Source of the DNA: an uncultured Anaplasmataceae bacterium
Lineage (GTDB): Bacteria > Pseudomonadota > Alphaproteobacteria > Rickettsiales > CAIPFW01
DNA length: 34,713 nt
Reading direction: 5' to 3'
Assembly: GCA_903864455.1 (NCBI GenBank)
Contig: CAIPFW010000233.1
Coordinates: 1-34,713, forward strand
Shown here in pieces: positions 27,070-34,713 of this stretch. The notes below the pieces were generated by a model that saw only the letters and a list, made by a program, of their open reading frames with translations, made no database searches and had not been told where the DNA came from. Each line of letters opens with the position of its first letter. The first letter of the stretch is position 1. A program made the translations under genes and the position numbers.

Positions 27070-27127
27070 CAAATTATTAATTTTAAAAATATACAATTGG
27101 TGAAATTAATATATATTGTGTATTTTT

Positions 27128-27445
27128 ATGAGCGACCAAAATCAAAACGAAAATCAAAATCAAAATCAAAGTAAAAACGTAGATGGTGGATTTGATTTAA
27201 ATAAAATGACGAGTGATATCAAATCTCTCAAAGATGGAGCCGATTCTTTAATGTCGAAAGTTGGAGATGTGGTCAAGAATATTAAAAATTTTTCAACAAA
27301 TGGAATGAGTGGAATAATGCAAAGCATTTTCGGTAAATCTTCTGACAATTCAAAAGATAAAATTGCTTCGAATGTTGAAAATATTGCAAAAAATGCGAAT
27401 GAAGAGAGTAACGCAGAATCTACAAATAAAGATCACATTGTGTAA
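27128..27445 (+). CDS. Hypothetical small hydrophilic protein with an N-terminal (Q/N) repeat
   Basis: 105 aa from ATG 27128 (the track opens at TTG 27116). MSDQNQNENQNQNQSKN..., then Ser/Lys/Asn-rich amphipathic sequence. No signal peptide, TM segment or recognisable domain. Confidence 0.5.
   Translation: MSDQNQNENQNQNQSKNVDGGFDLNKMTSDIKSLKDGADSLMSKVGDVVKNIKNFSTNGMSGIMQSIFGKSSDNSKDKIASNVENIAKNANEESNAESTNKDHIV
27137..27178 (+). repeat. Imperfect hexanucleotide microsatellite (CAAAAT)7 inside the small ORF
   Basis: caaaat caaaac gaaaat caaaat caaaat caaagt aaaaac, read directly. In-frame unit length (2 codons). Confidence 0.9.
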
Positions 27446-27446
27446 A

Positions 27447-28526
27447 TTATTTTTCGTATCTACTTTTTGGTCGATAAGGTTTTTTTTCGATCTGCTCTTC
27501 TTTTTCTAATTTTTTTCTTTTAATCATAGAGTCCAGATAGAAGATTAAATCCTTCAAACCCTCTTTCGATGCGGTGGATATCAAAAATACTTTTTTGTTT
27601 TTTTCTTTTTCGAATCGTGTTTTAATTGTATTCAGAAAATCCTTATCATAACAAATATCAATTTTATTCAAAGCGATAACCTCATCTTTTTCACGCAATA
27701 ACTCATCGTATTCGTTCAATTCATGATGAATCATTGCGTAATCTTCAAATATTTGCTCCTCAGTTTTACCAGAAATATCAATCATGTGAAGCAACATTTC
27801 GCACTTTTCCACATGCCGTAAGAAATCCATTCCAAGCCCACGACCCTGCGATGCACCTTCGATTAATCCAGGTAAATCGGCTACAACAAAGCCGTCGCAC
27901 TTGTTTTTATCGACCTCAATCACTCCAAGATTTGGCGATAAAGTTGTGAATTGATAGTTTGCCACTTTCGCTTTGCTGTTTGTTGTTGAGCGCAAAAAGC
28001 TTGACTTTCCTGCGTTTGGCTTTCCCAACAATCCAACATTTGCAAGCAATTTCATTTTGAAGACTACCCACTTCGCACACCCTTCAAACCCAGGCATTGC
28101 CTTACGTGGCGCTTGATTGACGGAGCTTTTGAAAAAGACGTTTCCTATCCCGCCTTGCCCGCCTTTGATTAAAACATTTGTTTCGCCGTGGTAGGTAAGA
28201 GTGGCCATTAATTCACCGCTTTCGCTGTCGAAAATTTCTGTTCCAACGGGAACTCTCATTGTTATATCAGCTCCTTTTGCGCCAAACATGCAACGGCCAC
28301 GACCAGATTCGCCACCTTTTGCTCGAAAGTGTTTATGATATCTATATGCGACTAAGGTGTTGATATTGCCATCAGCTACGAGGATTATGTCCCCACCATC
28401 GCCTCCATTTCCGCCGTCTGGCCCTCCAAATTCGACGCATCTTTCCCTTCTGAATGAGCCAGACCCATGACCGCCATTTCCTGATTGTACAAAGATTTTT
28501 GCCTCATCGACAAAGCTATATCGCAT
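27447..28526 (-). CDS. obg: GTPase Obg/CgtA
   Basis: FVDEAKIFVQSGNGGHGSGSFRRE...GGPDGGNGGDGGDI glycine-rich Obg fold, then G-domain motifs GKPNAGKSS and DLPGLIEGA. Confidence 0.96.
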   Translation of the reverse strand: MRYSFVDEAKIFVQSGNGGHGSGSFRRERCVEFGGPDGGNGGDGGDIILVADGNINTLVAYRYHKHFRAKGGESGRGRCMFGAKGADITMRVPVGTEIFDSESGELMATLTYHGETNVLIKGGQGGIGNVFFKSSVNQAPRKAMPGFEGCAKWVVFKMKLLANVGLLGKPNAGKSSFLRSTTNSKAKVANYQFTTLSPNLGVIEVDKNKCDGFVVADLPGLIEGASQGRGLGMDFLRHVEKCEMLLHMIDISGKTEEQIFEDYAMIHHELNEYDELLREKDEVIALNKIDICYDKDFLNTIKTRFEKEKNKKVFLISTASKEGLKDLIFYLDSMIKRKKLEKEEQIEKKPYRPKSRYEK

Positions 28527-28764
28527 TAGTGTTTTATTAATATTTTGTTAAATTTTATCATATTTTATCAATGAAATAAATAAAAATTTTATCGAATTGG
28601 CTTTTAAGAGAGTATTTTTTATTTGGAAGTTTTATCGAGCTTCTTTATGAATATTTTTTGTCTTTTAAAGCGATATTAAGAAATTCTTAAATTAAATACT
28701 TACTTTGTTTTTTATTAAGAAATATGTTATTATGAAATAATGTTATTTTTTTTTATAAAAATTT

Positions 28765-29763
28765 ATGGCGAATTTAAAAGAAAATCCAACTGATATCGCA
28801 GGGATAGTTGCTGGCATTTTAATTTTGGCGTGCATTGCATGTGTTGCTTTTTATTTATATAATAATAGGTATAGAGGTAATAAACATAAAGCTACTATAA
28901 GTCATCAAAATAGAAGTAAGGTAGATAGAAAGCAGCAACCTCCTATATTTAATAATGAAACTACTGAAAATAATCAAATTAAGCCATTATTACATGCATT
29001 CAATATGAAAAATACCGATGATACACAAGGGATATACAATAATTTGAATCTCTTTGAGGAAGAGTTAAAGATCTTGACTGATGCTTTGAATAATGTTGGT
29101 ATAAGAAAAACGAAGGAACAGTTGACTCTCGAATTTGGACACATCGCTAATAATCACAAACTTGCGATCGAAAGCGCTGTAAAAAAAATGAAATCGCATG
29201 ATCAGAGCTTTCCATATATTTATGAAACAGGTGGTGAAAATGGATGTAAATTAATGGCTTGGGTTGACGATAAGCATAACGATAATCGAAAATTAATTGG
29301 TAAAAATCTTCTGGAAACAAAAAATAATTTAATTAATGATTTGAAGAAAAGGATAGAATATGCGAAGAACTGTATTCAAGGTGTTAGAACTAATACACCG
29401 TTACCAACTCAATCACCTCAGGAGTATAAGTTTTCTTTAGACGGAAAAGGAGATGACAAGAAGATAATTTGTAAAGACAAGGGTGATAAAGGCAAAATCT
29501 TAGCAAGTGCGCTTCAAACTTCCATTGTTTCTAAATTTCATGACCGATACTGCAAAGATATCAATTATGCAAGTGGTAGAGTTACCGAAGATAAAAGTTC
29601 GAATAGTTTGTGTGTGGAATTTTTCAACGATCAAGGAAAGCATTTTCACAGCATTGAAGTATCTCATGGTCAACTTCTTAAAGTGATAAAAGAGTGCGAG
29701 AATGAGAAGAAGAGTTTTGCTGTTGAATCTCAGGTGAAGCAACCCAAGAAGAATAGATTGTAA
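28765..29763 (+). CDS. Hypothetical membrane-anchored protein (single N-terminal TM helix), no recognisable domain
   Basis: 332 aa. TM segment IAGIVAGILILACIACVAFYLY followed by a basic flank (NNRYRGNKHK). The rest is hydrophilic with 6 Cys. I recognise no family. Confidence 0.55.
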   Translation: MANLKENPTDIAGIVAGILILACIACVAFYLYNNRYRGNKHKATISHQNRSKVDRKQQPPIFNNETTENNQIKPLLHAFNMKNTDDTQGIYNNLNLFEEELKILTDALNNVGIRKTKEQLTLEFGHIANNHKLAIESAVKKMKSHDQSFPYIYETGGENGCKLMAWVDDKHNDNRKLIGKNLLETKNNLINDLKKRIEYAKNCIQGVRTNTPLPTQSPQEYKFSLDGKGDDKKIICKDKGDKGKILASALQTSIVSKFHDRYCKDINYASGRVTEDKSSNSLCVEFFNDQGKHFHSIEVSHGQLLKVIKECENEKKSFAVESQVKQPKKNRL

Positions 29764-29872
29764 TTATGATTCAATAATTAGATTTTTAATTCTTAAAAGA
29801 AATGCAAAGATTTTAAAACCTTTATTGCTAAAGAATATTTTTTTGCTACAATAAAAGAAAAATAGTAAAAAT

Positions 29873-30193
29873 ATGAACGATATAGTTTTAAAGTATGCAA
29901 AATTAGCAAAATTAGCGCCACTTGAATGCGATGGCGATGATAATGAAAAATATACATCATTTTTTAAAAAAAGTGATTTTGATGCAGTTTTGAAAATGAT
30001 ACAATCGGTGCAAAATATTGATACTGATAATATACCTCACACTTTTTCTTTTTTTGAAGATGAAAAAAATGATATCGAAGTGTTTAGAGATGATGAAGTG
30101 GTGATGACAAACACTCGTGATGATTTGCTCTCAAATGGTCAATCAAAGATGGGGTATTATGTTGTGCCAAAAGTGATTGAAGATATAGCTTGA
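29873..30193 (+). CDS. gatC: Asp/Glu-tRNA amidotransferase subunit C
   Basis: 106 aa. ...KYAKLAKLA..., ...VFRDDEVV...DLLSNGQSKMGYYVVPKVIE matches the GatC C-terminal signature (LRxDxV...FxVPKVxE). Confidence 0.75.
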   Translation: MNDIVLKYAKLAKLAPLECDGDDNEKYTSFFKKSDFDAVLKMIQSVQNIDTDNIPHTFSFFEDEKNDIEVFRDDEVVMTNTRDDLLSNGQSKMGYYVVPKVIEDIA

Positions 30194-30720
30194 TGGAAGA
30201 AGGATTTCGTTTTGTTAAAAATTATCGAGAAATTCTATCAAATTTTCAAGATTACTTGACGAACGAAGAGATTGAAAAAGCTATAAAAAAATCTTCTGAC
30301 GGATTTGAATATTTGGTGAGTGGATACAATACAAACCTTGATGCTTTATCTCAAGATGCATCTTATGATTTTTACTCTGAAGTTGAAGATTCTCAACGCA
30401 ATCAAGAAATTTCCATTCAAAGTATCAAATTTATATCTTTATGCAAACACCATTTATTGCCGTTTTTTGGTTCATGCGATATTATTTATTGCCCGAATAA
30501 AAAAATTATCGGCTTTTCTCGAGTAGTGAAAATAATTCAAGCTTTATCACTTAGAATGCAATTGCAAGAAAATTTAACAAAAGAAATTGCAGATATTTTA
30601 ATAAAAATTCTTGAACCGAAATCACTTACTGTGAAAATTCATGCAATTCATACATGTATGATGATTGATATGAGCGGTAACAATGGCAATGAAATTACCA
30701 CTGTTGAAAATTATCAATAA
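30193..30720 (+). CDS. folE: GTP cyclohydrolase I (FolE type I), short form
   Basis: SLCKHHLLPFFGSCDIIYCPNKKIIGFSRVVKIIQALSLRMQLQENLT and HAIHTCMM match the FolE blocks (CEHHxLPFxG...GLSKxxR...QxQERLT...HxCM). ATG 30193 overlaps the gatC TGA (TGATG). Confidence 0.8.
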   Translation: MEEGFRFVKNYREILSNFQDYLTNEEIEKAIKKSSDGFEYLVSGYNTNLDALSQDASYDFYSEVEDSQRNQEISIQSIKFISLCKHHLLPFFGSCDIIYCPNKKIIGFSRVVKIIQALSLRMQLQENLTKEIADILIKILEPKSLTVKIHAIHTCMMIDMSGNNGNEITTVENYQ

Positions 30721-30884
30721 ACCCATTGCATTTCTCATAAAACTTTAAAATTCCGTATTTTTATCGATTTTTGGACGATAAAAACTTCAAACTCACTTCG
30801 ATTTCCTTCTGTAAAGCGATTTAAACGCGTTTTATTTTCGCATGGTTGATGAATTTTAAGCGCAAAACAAACGCAATGGGTTTA
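30718..30884. repeat. 167-bp element bounded by 12-bp perfect inverted repeats (MITE / palindromic-element-like, or a structured RNA)
   Basis: taaacccattgc (30718-30729) is the exact reverse complement of gcaatgggttta (30873-30884). Inside are a 9-bp hairpin tttttatcg/cgataaaaa (30758-30784) and the 10-bp palindrome aaacgcgttt (30823-30832). Confidence 0.5.
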
Positions 30885-30959
30885 ATAAATTAATCGCATA
30901 TTTTTCAATCTAAAAAATATCGCGCGAGTTAGAAAAAGAAAATATTAATACGAAGAAAT

Positions 30960-31553
30960 TTATCTTGTTTCAATTAATTTAATCGATTTCCATGAATAAA
31001 GCATAAATGAATCGTTTGAAAGCTCGAGTATATCGCTTTCAAAACGAACTGAGACATCGAATTCGAAATCTACAAATAATTTTGATATATCGAATTTTAT
31101 TCCAGATATTTCTATGATTCCATTTTTATAATTGACTCTATAATCACTTCCTTCATTAAGTTTAATATCGCCATTTTTTATAATGAGATTTTTTGGTTTT
31201 GTAATTTTTCGATTATAAAAATATTCACCGTTCCCAATTGAATATTTTTTCACTAATTGGCATGTCGAATTATCAAGCTTCATTAATTTTTGATTTTTCC
31301 CTTCAAAATCAAGCCAATCTTTGAACAGAAAAGAATGAGCTCTACCATGCACGATGTTAAAAAAAGTTAACAATTGATTAGCTTTTTCTCGATTTAAAGC
31401 GTCGTATCCTATCGAATATGAGTATCTAGGTGATTCCCAGTTGATATTTCGATGCTCTGAGCCATTTTGTAAGATTGTAACATTCGTTGAGAATTCTGGC
31501 CCACCTATTGCACCATAAGATATTTCTTCGGGGAGGCGTATATTTAAAAACAT
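30960..31553 (-). CDS. Phage/GTA-derived conserved protein, DUF2460 / TIGR02217 family (RcGTA g12-like)
   Basis: 197 aa. IRLPEEISYGAIGGPEFSTNVTILQNGSEHRNINW...RYSYSIGY...LLTFFNIVHGRAHSFLFKDWLDF closely tracks the family N-terminus (FPxxxSxGSxGGPxxxTxIVxLxSGxExRNxxW...RRRYDAG...FFEARxGxxxGFRxKDWxDF). Confidence 0.75.
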   Translation of the reverse strand: MFLNIRLPEEISYGAIGGPEFSTNVTILQNGSEHRNINWESPRYSYSIGYDALNREKANQLLTFFNIVHGRAHSFLFKDWLDFEGKNQKLMKLDNSTCQLVKKYSIGNGEYFYNRKITKPKNLIIKNGDIKLNEGSDYRVNYKNGIIEISGIKFDISKLFVDFEFDVSVRFESDILELSNDSFMLYSWKSIKLIETR

Positions 31554-31708
31554 GAGGATAAAAACTAGTCTTAATTTAATTATGGAGATTTTTGCTTAAG
31601 GGCGGGAGCTATAGTTATTTCATTTTTATTAAATGTTAATTATTTTGTTGGTAAATTTATCATTTATATTGTACGATATATAATATAAATAATAGTTTCT
31701 TATAAAAA

Positions 31709-33208
31709 ATGATATTTAGAGATATGACGAATGAAGATAAGTCAAAGCTTTGGTTTGCAGTGATCGCTTTTGTGGTCTTTATAATTGTAGGCACTCTTAT
31801 AGAATTTTTAGTATATAATAAGAAGGTTGTAGCGAAGTTTATGGCGAACAATAAAGAGTTAATTTATTCATTGATCGGAATAGTAATCCTAATTCCAGCT
31901 ATTTTAATAGTGAATGTAATTATATTTTTATATGCAGAAGAGAAAAGCAACAAAAATAACGACGCACTAGATGATCTTCGCTCAGAAAAAGATCGTTTTC
32001 AGATAACAAGAAATGAGCTATATGAAAAGATTCTATTGTATGAACATGAAAAAATGTTCGCTAAAGTAAAAATTTCTTGCATAAAGGGAGATAAAGGGAT
32101 GGAATTTATTCCGATCATTAAATTTCCCTGTGCGGATGCAGAGAGTAGTCTGAGTGAAGCCATCGATTCTTTTGAGCAAAGAGTTGATGATAAAAGCATT
32201 TTTTCTGTTTGCGATATGCATGATGTTAATGAAAAATTAAAAAAAAAGATAGTAGTCATTACGGATATAAACTCTCTAAGAGAGAGGTTAAAAATAGAAA
32301 TAGACGACTCTTTGATTCAGAAGGAACTGCAAGAACGCAGGAAATTCAAATACGATCTTGAAAAATATAATGATGATCGAGACAAGCTTGTTAATATCGT
32401 CGCAGAACATAATATTCTTGTTAATGATTACAATGAAAAAAAAAAGCTACATAAAGAAAAATTAAAAGGTATAGAATCGATAGAAGATCCGAAAGAAAAG
32501 AATGAAGAAATAAAAGAGTGGAATTCGATGAATCTATTAATAATGCAGGAGGGAGAAGGCTTACAAAAGAAATCTGGAGAGCTAGAGAAAGAAAGCAATG
32601 TGATTAAAAATAGGGGGCTCGAGATTGAAGGAATGCAAAATGAAAGAAGGAGTGTTTTTAAAGATGGGTTTGCAGATGAGTTTCGAAAAGAATTTCAAGA
32701 ACTAGAAGGTTTTAAAAAAGAAACAACTAAGTGTGATGAGCAAATAACTGAGCGTGATGAACAAATAACTGAGCTTAATAAACGAATAACTAAGTTTAAT
32801 AAACTAATAAATGGACAACAAGTAGAGGCATTTTATAGAAATGCATTAAGAATTTCTTTGAAGCAAATGAACGATATAAAAAGTAAAAGAAATTCAGTCG
32901 CTGAGAAACATAATAAAGCATTAGAGGATTTAAAAAATAAGGAAAAAAAACAGGAAGAGATATTTAACTCACCTGAAACAACATTTGCAAAAAAAAAAGC
33001 GTCGCTTATAGCATCAAAATTTATTTCAAATGTTTTTGATTTAGCGATACAAAATCTTAAAGAAAGACGTGATTTTATAGATACCCGTATCGGATGGAAT
33101 GATCGCGATATAGAGAAGAAGTTGATAGGATGCCAACCTTCGTTTTTTAATCCAATTAATAATTTTAAAATATTGAATCATAAAGAAGGTGGCGATAAAA
33201 AAATTTAG
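31709..33208 (+). CDS. Hypothetical protein: N-terminal two-helix hydrophobic hairpin plus a coiled-coil-like region of about 400 aa
   Basis: 499 aa. TM1 LWFAVIAFVVFIIVGTLIEFLVY and TM2 LIYSLIGIVILIPAILIVNVIIFLYA. The rest is rich in K/E/L/I with heptad-like periodicity. No enzyme motif recognised. Confidence 0.55.
   Translation: MIFRDMTNEDKSKLWFAVIAFVVFIIVGTLIEFLVYNKKVVAKFMANNKELIYSLIGIVILIPAILIVNVIIFLYAEEKSNKNNDALDDLRSEKDRFQITRNELYEKILLYEHEKMFAKVKISCIKGDKGMEFIPIIKFPCADAESSLSEAIDSFEQRVDDKSIFSVCDMHDVNEKLKKKIVVITDINSLRERLKIEIDDSLIQKELQERRKFKYDLEKYNDDRDKLVNIVAEHNILVNDYNEKKKLHKEKLKGIESIEDPKEKNEEIKEWNSMNLLIMQEGEGLQKKSGELEKESNVIKNRGLEIEGMQNERRSVFKDGFADEFRKEFQELEGFKKETTKCDEQITERDEQITELNKRITKFNKLINGQQVEAFYRNALRISLKQMNDIKSKRNSVAEKHNKALEDLKNKEKKQEEIFNSPETTFAKKKASLIASKFISNVFDLAIQNLKERRDFIDTRIGWNDRDIEKKLIGCQPSFFNPINNFKILNHKEGGDKKI
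32733..32816 (+). repeat. Four tandem 21-bp (7-codon) repeats inside the coiled-coil gene
   Basis: gtgatgagcaaataactgagc / gtgatgaacaaataactgagc / ttaataaacgaataactaagt / ttaataaactaataaatggac, encoding (C)DEQITE-RDEQITE-LNKRITK-FNKLING. Confidence 0.85.
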
Positions 33209-33264
33209 ACTAAATTAATTGTACTGTTTTTAATATAAAAAAATTTCCTCAAAAATTCAACATT

Positions 33265-34557
33265 CTATCCAAATTTCACATTTGACGACCACATCGGATC
33301 CGTCGCATCTCCGGGAGTTTTAACAATTTTATGATGGCGACCGGTTATGTCAACCATATATAATCGAGATTTTTTACTTCCTTTTGATGTTGAGCTAAAA
33401 ATAAGCAATTTACCATTTGGAGACCAAGAGGGCGCTTCTATCATATGCCCAGAAGCTAAAATCTTCTCCTCATCGCCATTTGGCCTCATAATTCCAATAT
33501 AAAACACTCCGTTCAAAATTTTTATAAAAGATATATAGTCACCATTCGGCGACCACACAGGATTGAGGTATCGCCCTTGTCCAAAGCTCACTCGTTTCTG
33601 GTCTGAGCCATCATTTCTCATCACATACAGTTGCGGTGAGCGAGAGCGGTCAGAATTAAAAATAATAAACTGATTGTCGGGTGAATAGGACGGAGATGTG
33701 TTGATGAATTCATTATTCGTCAGTTGTTTTTTTGCATAGCTGTTGATATCAAATTTAAAAATATTCGTTGCACCGTTTTTTGACATGGCAAGCAATGCGA
33801 TATTAATATCAAATCCAAATCGTGGAGCTGATGTCATGCCATCAAAATCACCAAGTGGTTGATGACTATTCATTATTCTGTCGTAAAGATAAACTTTCGG
33901 CGTTTTGTCAGCATAGGACATATAAAGAATTTTTTTGCTATCGGATGAGATTCTCGGGCTCAATATCATATATTTCTCGGATGTGATGTATGAATGGTTT
34001 TCACCATCGTAGTCCATCGTTGCTAATCTTTTAATTTTTTTATCAAATGGGCCGTATTCCGAAACATACAAAATTCTTGTATTAAAATACCCCGGATCAT
34101 TTGTTGCGCCTTCATAAATATCATCAGCAACGATGTGTCCGAGTTGACGCCATTTTGATTGATCGATTTCAATAATTTTCCCAGAGATTTGTTTTTTGTT
34201 GAATGCATTCCAGATTCTATATTTCAATTGAATATTCTTGCCATGTCGTTCGATTTTTCCAATGAGAATAAAATTTATATCTTTCTTTATCCAAGATGCG
34301 AATGAAGGAAAGCTATCTAAAGTCAAATTATCATAATTTTCATGATGAACTTTGAAAAGACTTGAATTATTAAGGTCATCTCGAATCACTGATTCAATAT
34401 TCATATTCTCAGCGTTTAAGCTCTGGTCGTTTATTCCCAGAACAGCGACGTTTATCGGTTGAACATTCCCACTGTCTATGTCTACGGACAAAACGGCGTA
34501 TGAGTTCGTGCCAACAAAACATACAAAGAGGAAAAATAGAAGATTTTTTTTATTCAT
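33265..34557 (-). CDS. tolB: Tol-Pal system periplasmic beta-propeller protein TolB
   Basis: 430 aa. Signal peptide MNKKNLLFFLFVCFVGTNSYA. Repeated propeller blades (SPSYSPDNQFIIFNSDRS...QLYVM, NPVWSPNGDYISF, APSWSPNGKLLIFSS). Confidence 0.92.
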   Translation of the reverse strand: MNKKNLLFFLFVCFVGTNSYAVLSVDIDSGNVQPINVAVLGINDQSLNAENMNIESVIRDDLNNSSLFKVHHENYDNLTLDSFPSFASWIKKDINFILIGKIERHGKNIQLKYRIWNAFNKKQISGKIIEIDQSKWRQLGHIVADDIYEGATNDPGYFNTRILYVSEYGPFDKKIKRLATMDYDGENHSYITSEKYMILSPRISSDSKKILYMSYADKTPKVYLYDRIMNSHQPLGDFDGMTSAPRFGFDINIALLAMSKNGATNIFKFDINSYAKKQLTNNEFINTSPSYSPDNQFIIFNSDRSRSPQLYVMRNDGSDQKRVSFGQGRYLNPVWSPNGDYISFIKILNGVFYIGIMRPNGDEEKILASGHMIEAPSWSPNGKLLIFSSTSKGSKKSRLYMVDITGRHHKIVKTPGDATDPMWSSNVKFG

Positions 34558-34713
34558 AATATTGATTTAAAGGTATTAAAATATTTTTTGCGTAATGAAT
34601 TTCTATTATAAGCTTTTTTTTATTGTTTGTGAGAATGAAAACTGTGACTTTGTATTATTTTTTTTAAGAGTGGTTTACGGAAGTAGTTTTTTATTTTGTT
34701 AAAAAACATCTTG

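Noticed and set aside
30721-30959. Tried to read the folE / DUF2460 gap as a known small RNA (SRP 4.5S, 6S, tmRNA piece, riboswitch) or as a decayed GTA g13-like pseudogene.
   Set aside because: There is no SRP domain IV motif, no tRNA-like T-arm and no riboswitch-like position, since it lies downstream of folE rather than upstream. All three minus-strand frames hit stops within about 17 codons. It is kept only as an unclassified inverted-repeat element.
1-34713. Alternative genetic code (TGA = Trp), as seen in some tiny endosymbiont genomes. Also looked for CRISPR arrays, IS elements, integrases, toxin-antitoxin modules and defence modules.
   Set aside because: Conserved Trp positions are encoded by TGG, and TGA terminates genes at the expected lengths (for example gatC and the M16 gene), so code 11 fits. 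No direct-repeat/spacer array, transposase or integrase motifs, or recognisable defence domains were seen on either strand.

Overview
Strongly AT-rich 34.7-kb window that looks like a reduced-genome, host-associated alphaproteobacterium. The Rickettsiales-like assignment rests on gene order and remembered protein similarity, so it is inference only. About 45% of the window is one contiguous + strand super-operon (5.1-20.3 kb): tRNA-Tyr, tRNA-Gly, tuf, then the S10, spc and alpha ribosomal clusters (27 protein genes). The left flank carries a PgpA-like membrane protein, a pair of secreted M16 peptidases and a MoeB/ThiF-rhodanese enzyme. The right flank carries prs, a CckA-like hybrid histidine kinase, aspartokinase, rpmE, ndk, an NDUFA9-like SDR, obg, gatC, folE and tolB. 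I see no rRNA, CRISPR array, transposase, integrase or recognisable defence gene, and the standard genetic code fits. Main observations: (1) essential rplO (L15) is split by a frame change inside an 11-A homopolymer, so it needs slippage, +1 frameshifting or a sequence correction. (2) Three stacked TTGACA-N17-TAnnnT promoter-like elements sit upstream of the tRNA-tuf-ribosomal operon. (3) A small accessory patch (27.1-33.2 kb) holds three orphan proteins, a solitary intact GTA g12-like (DUF2460) gene and a 167-bp element bounded by 12-bp perfect inverted repeats. (4) The prs gene carries about 100 extra codons of insertions. I found no convincing multi-gene novel system, and the candidates are scored modestly.
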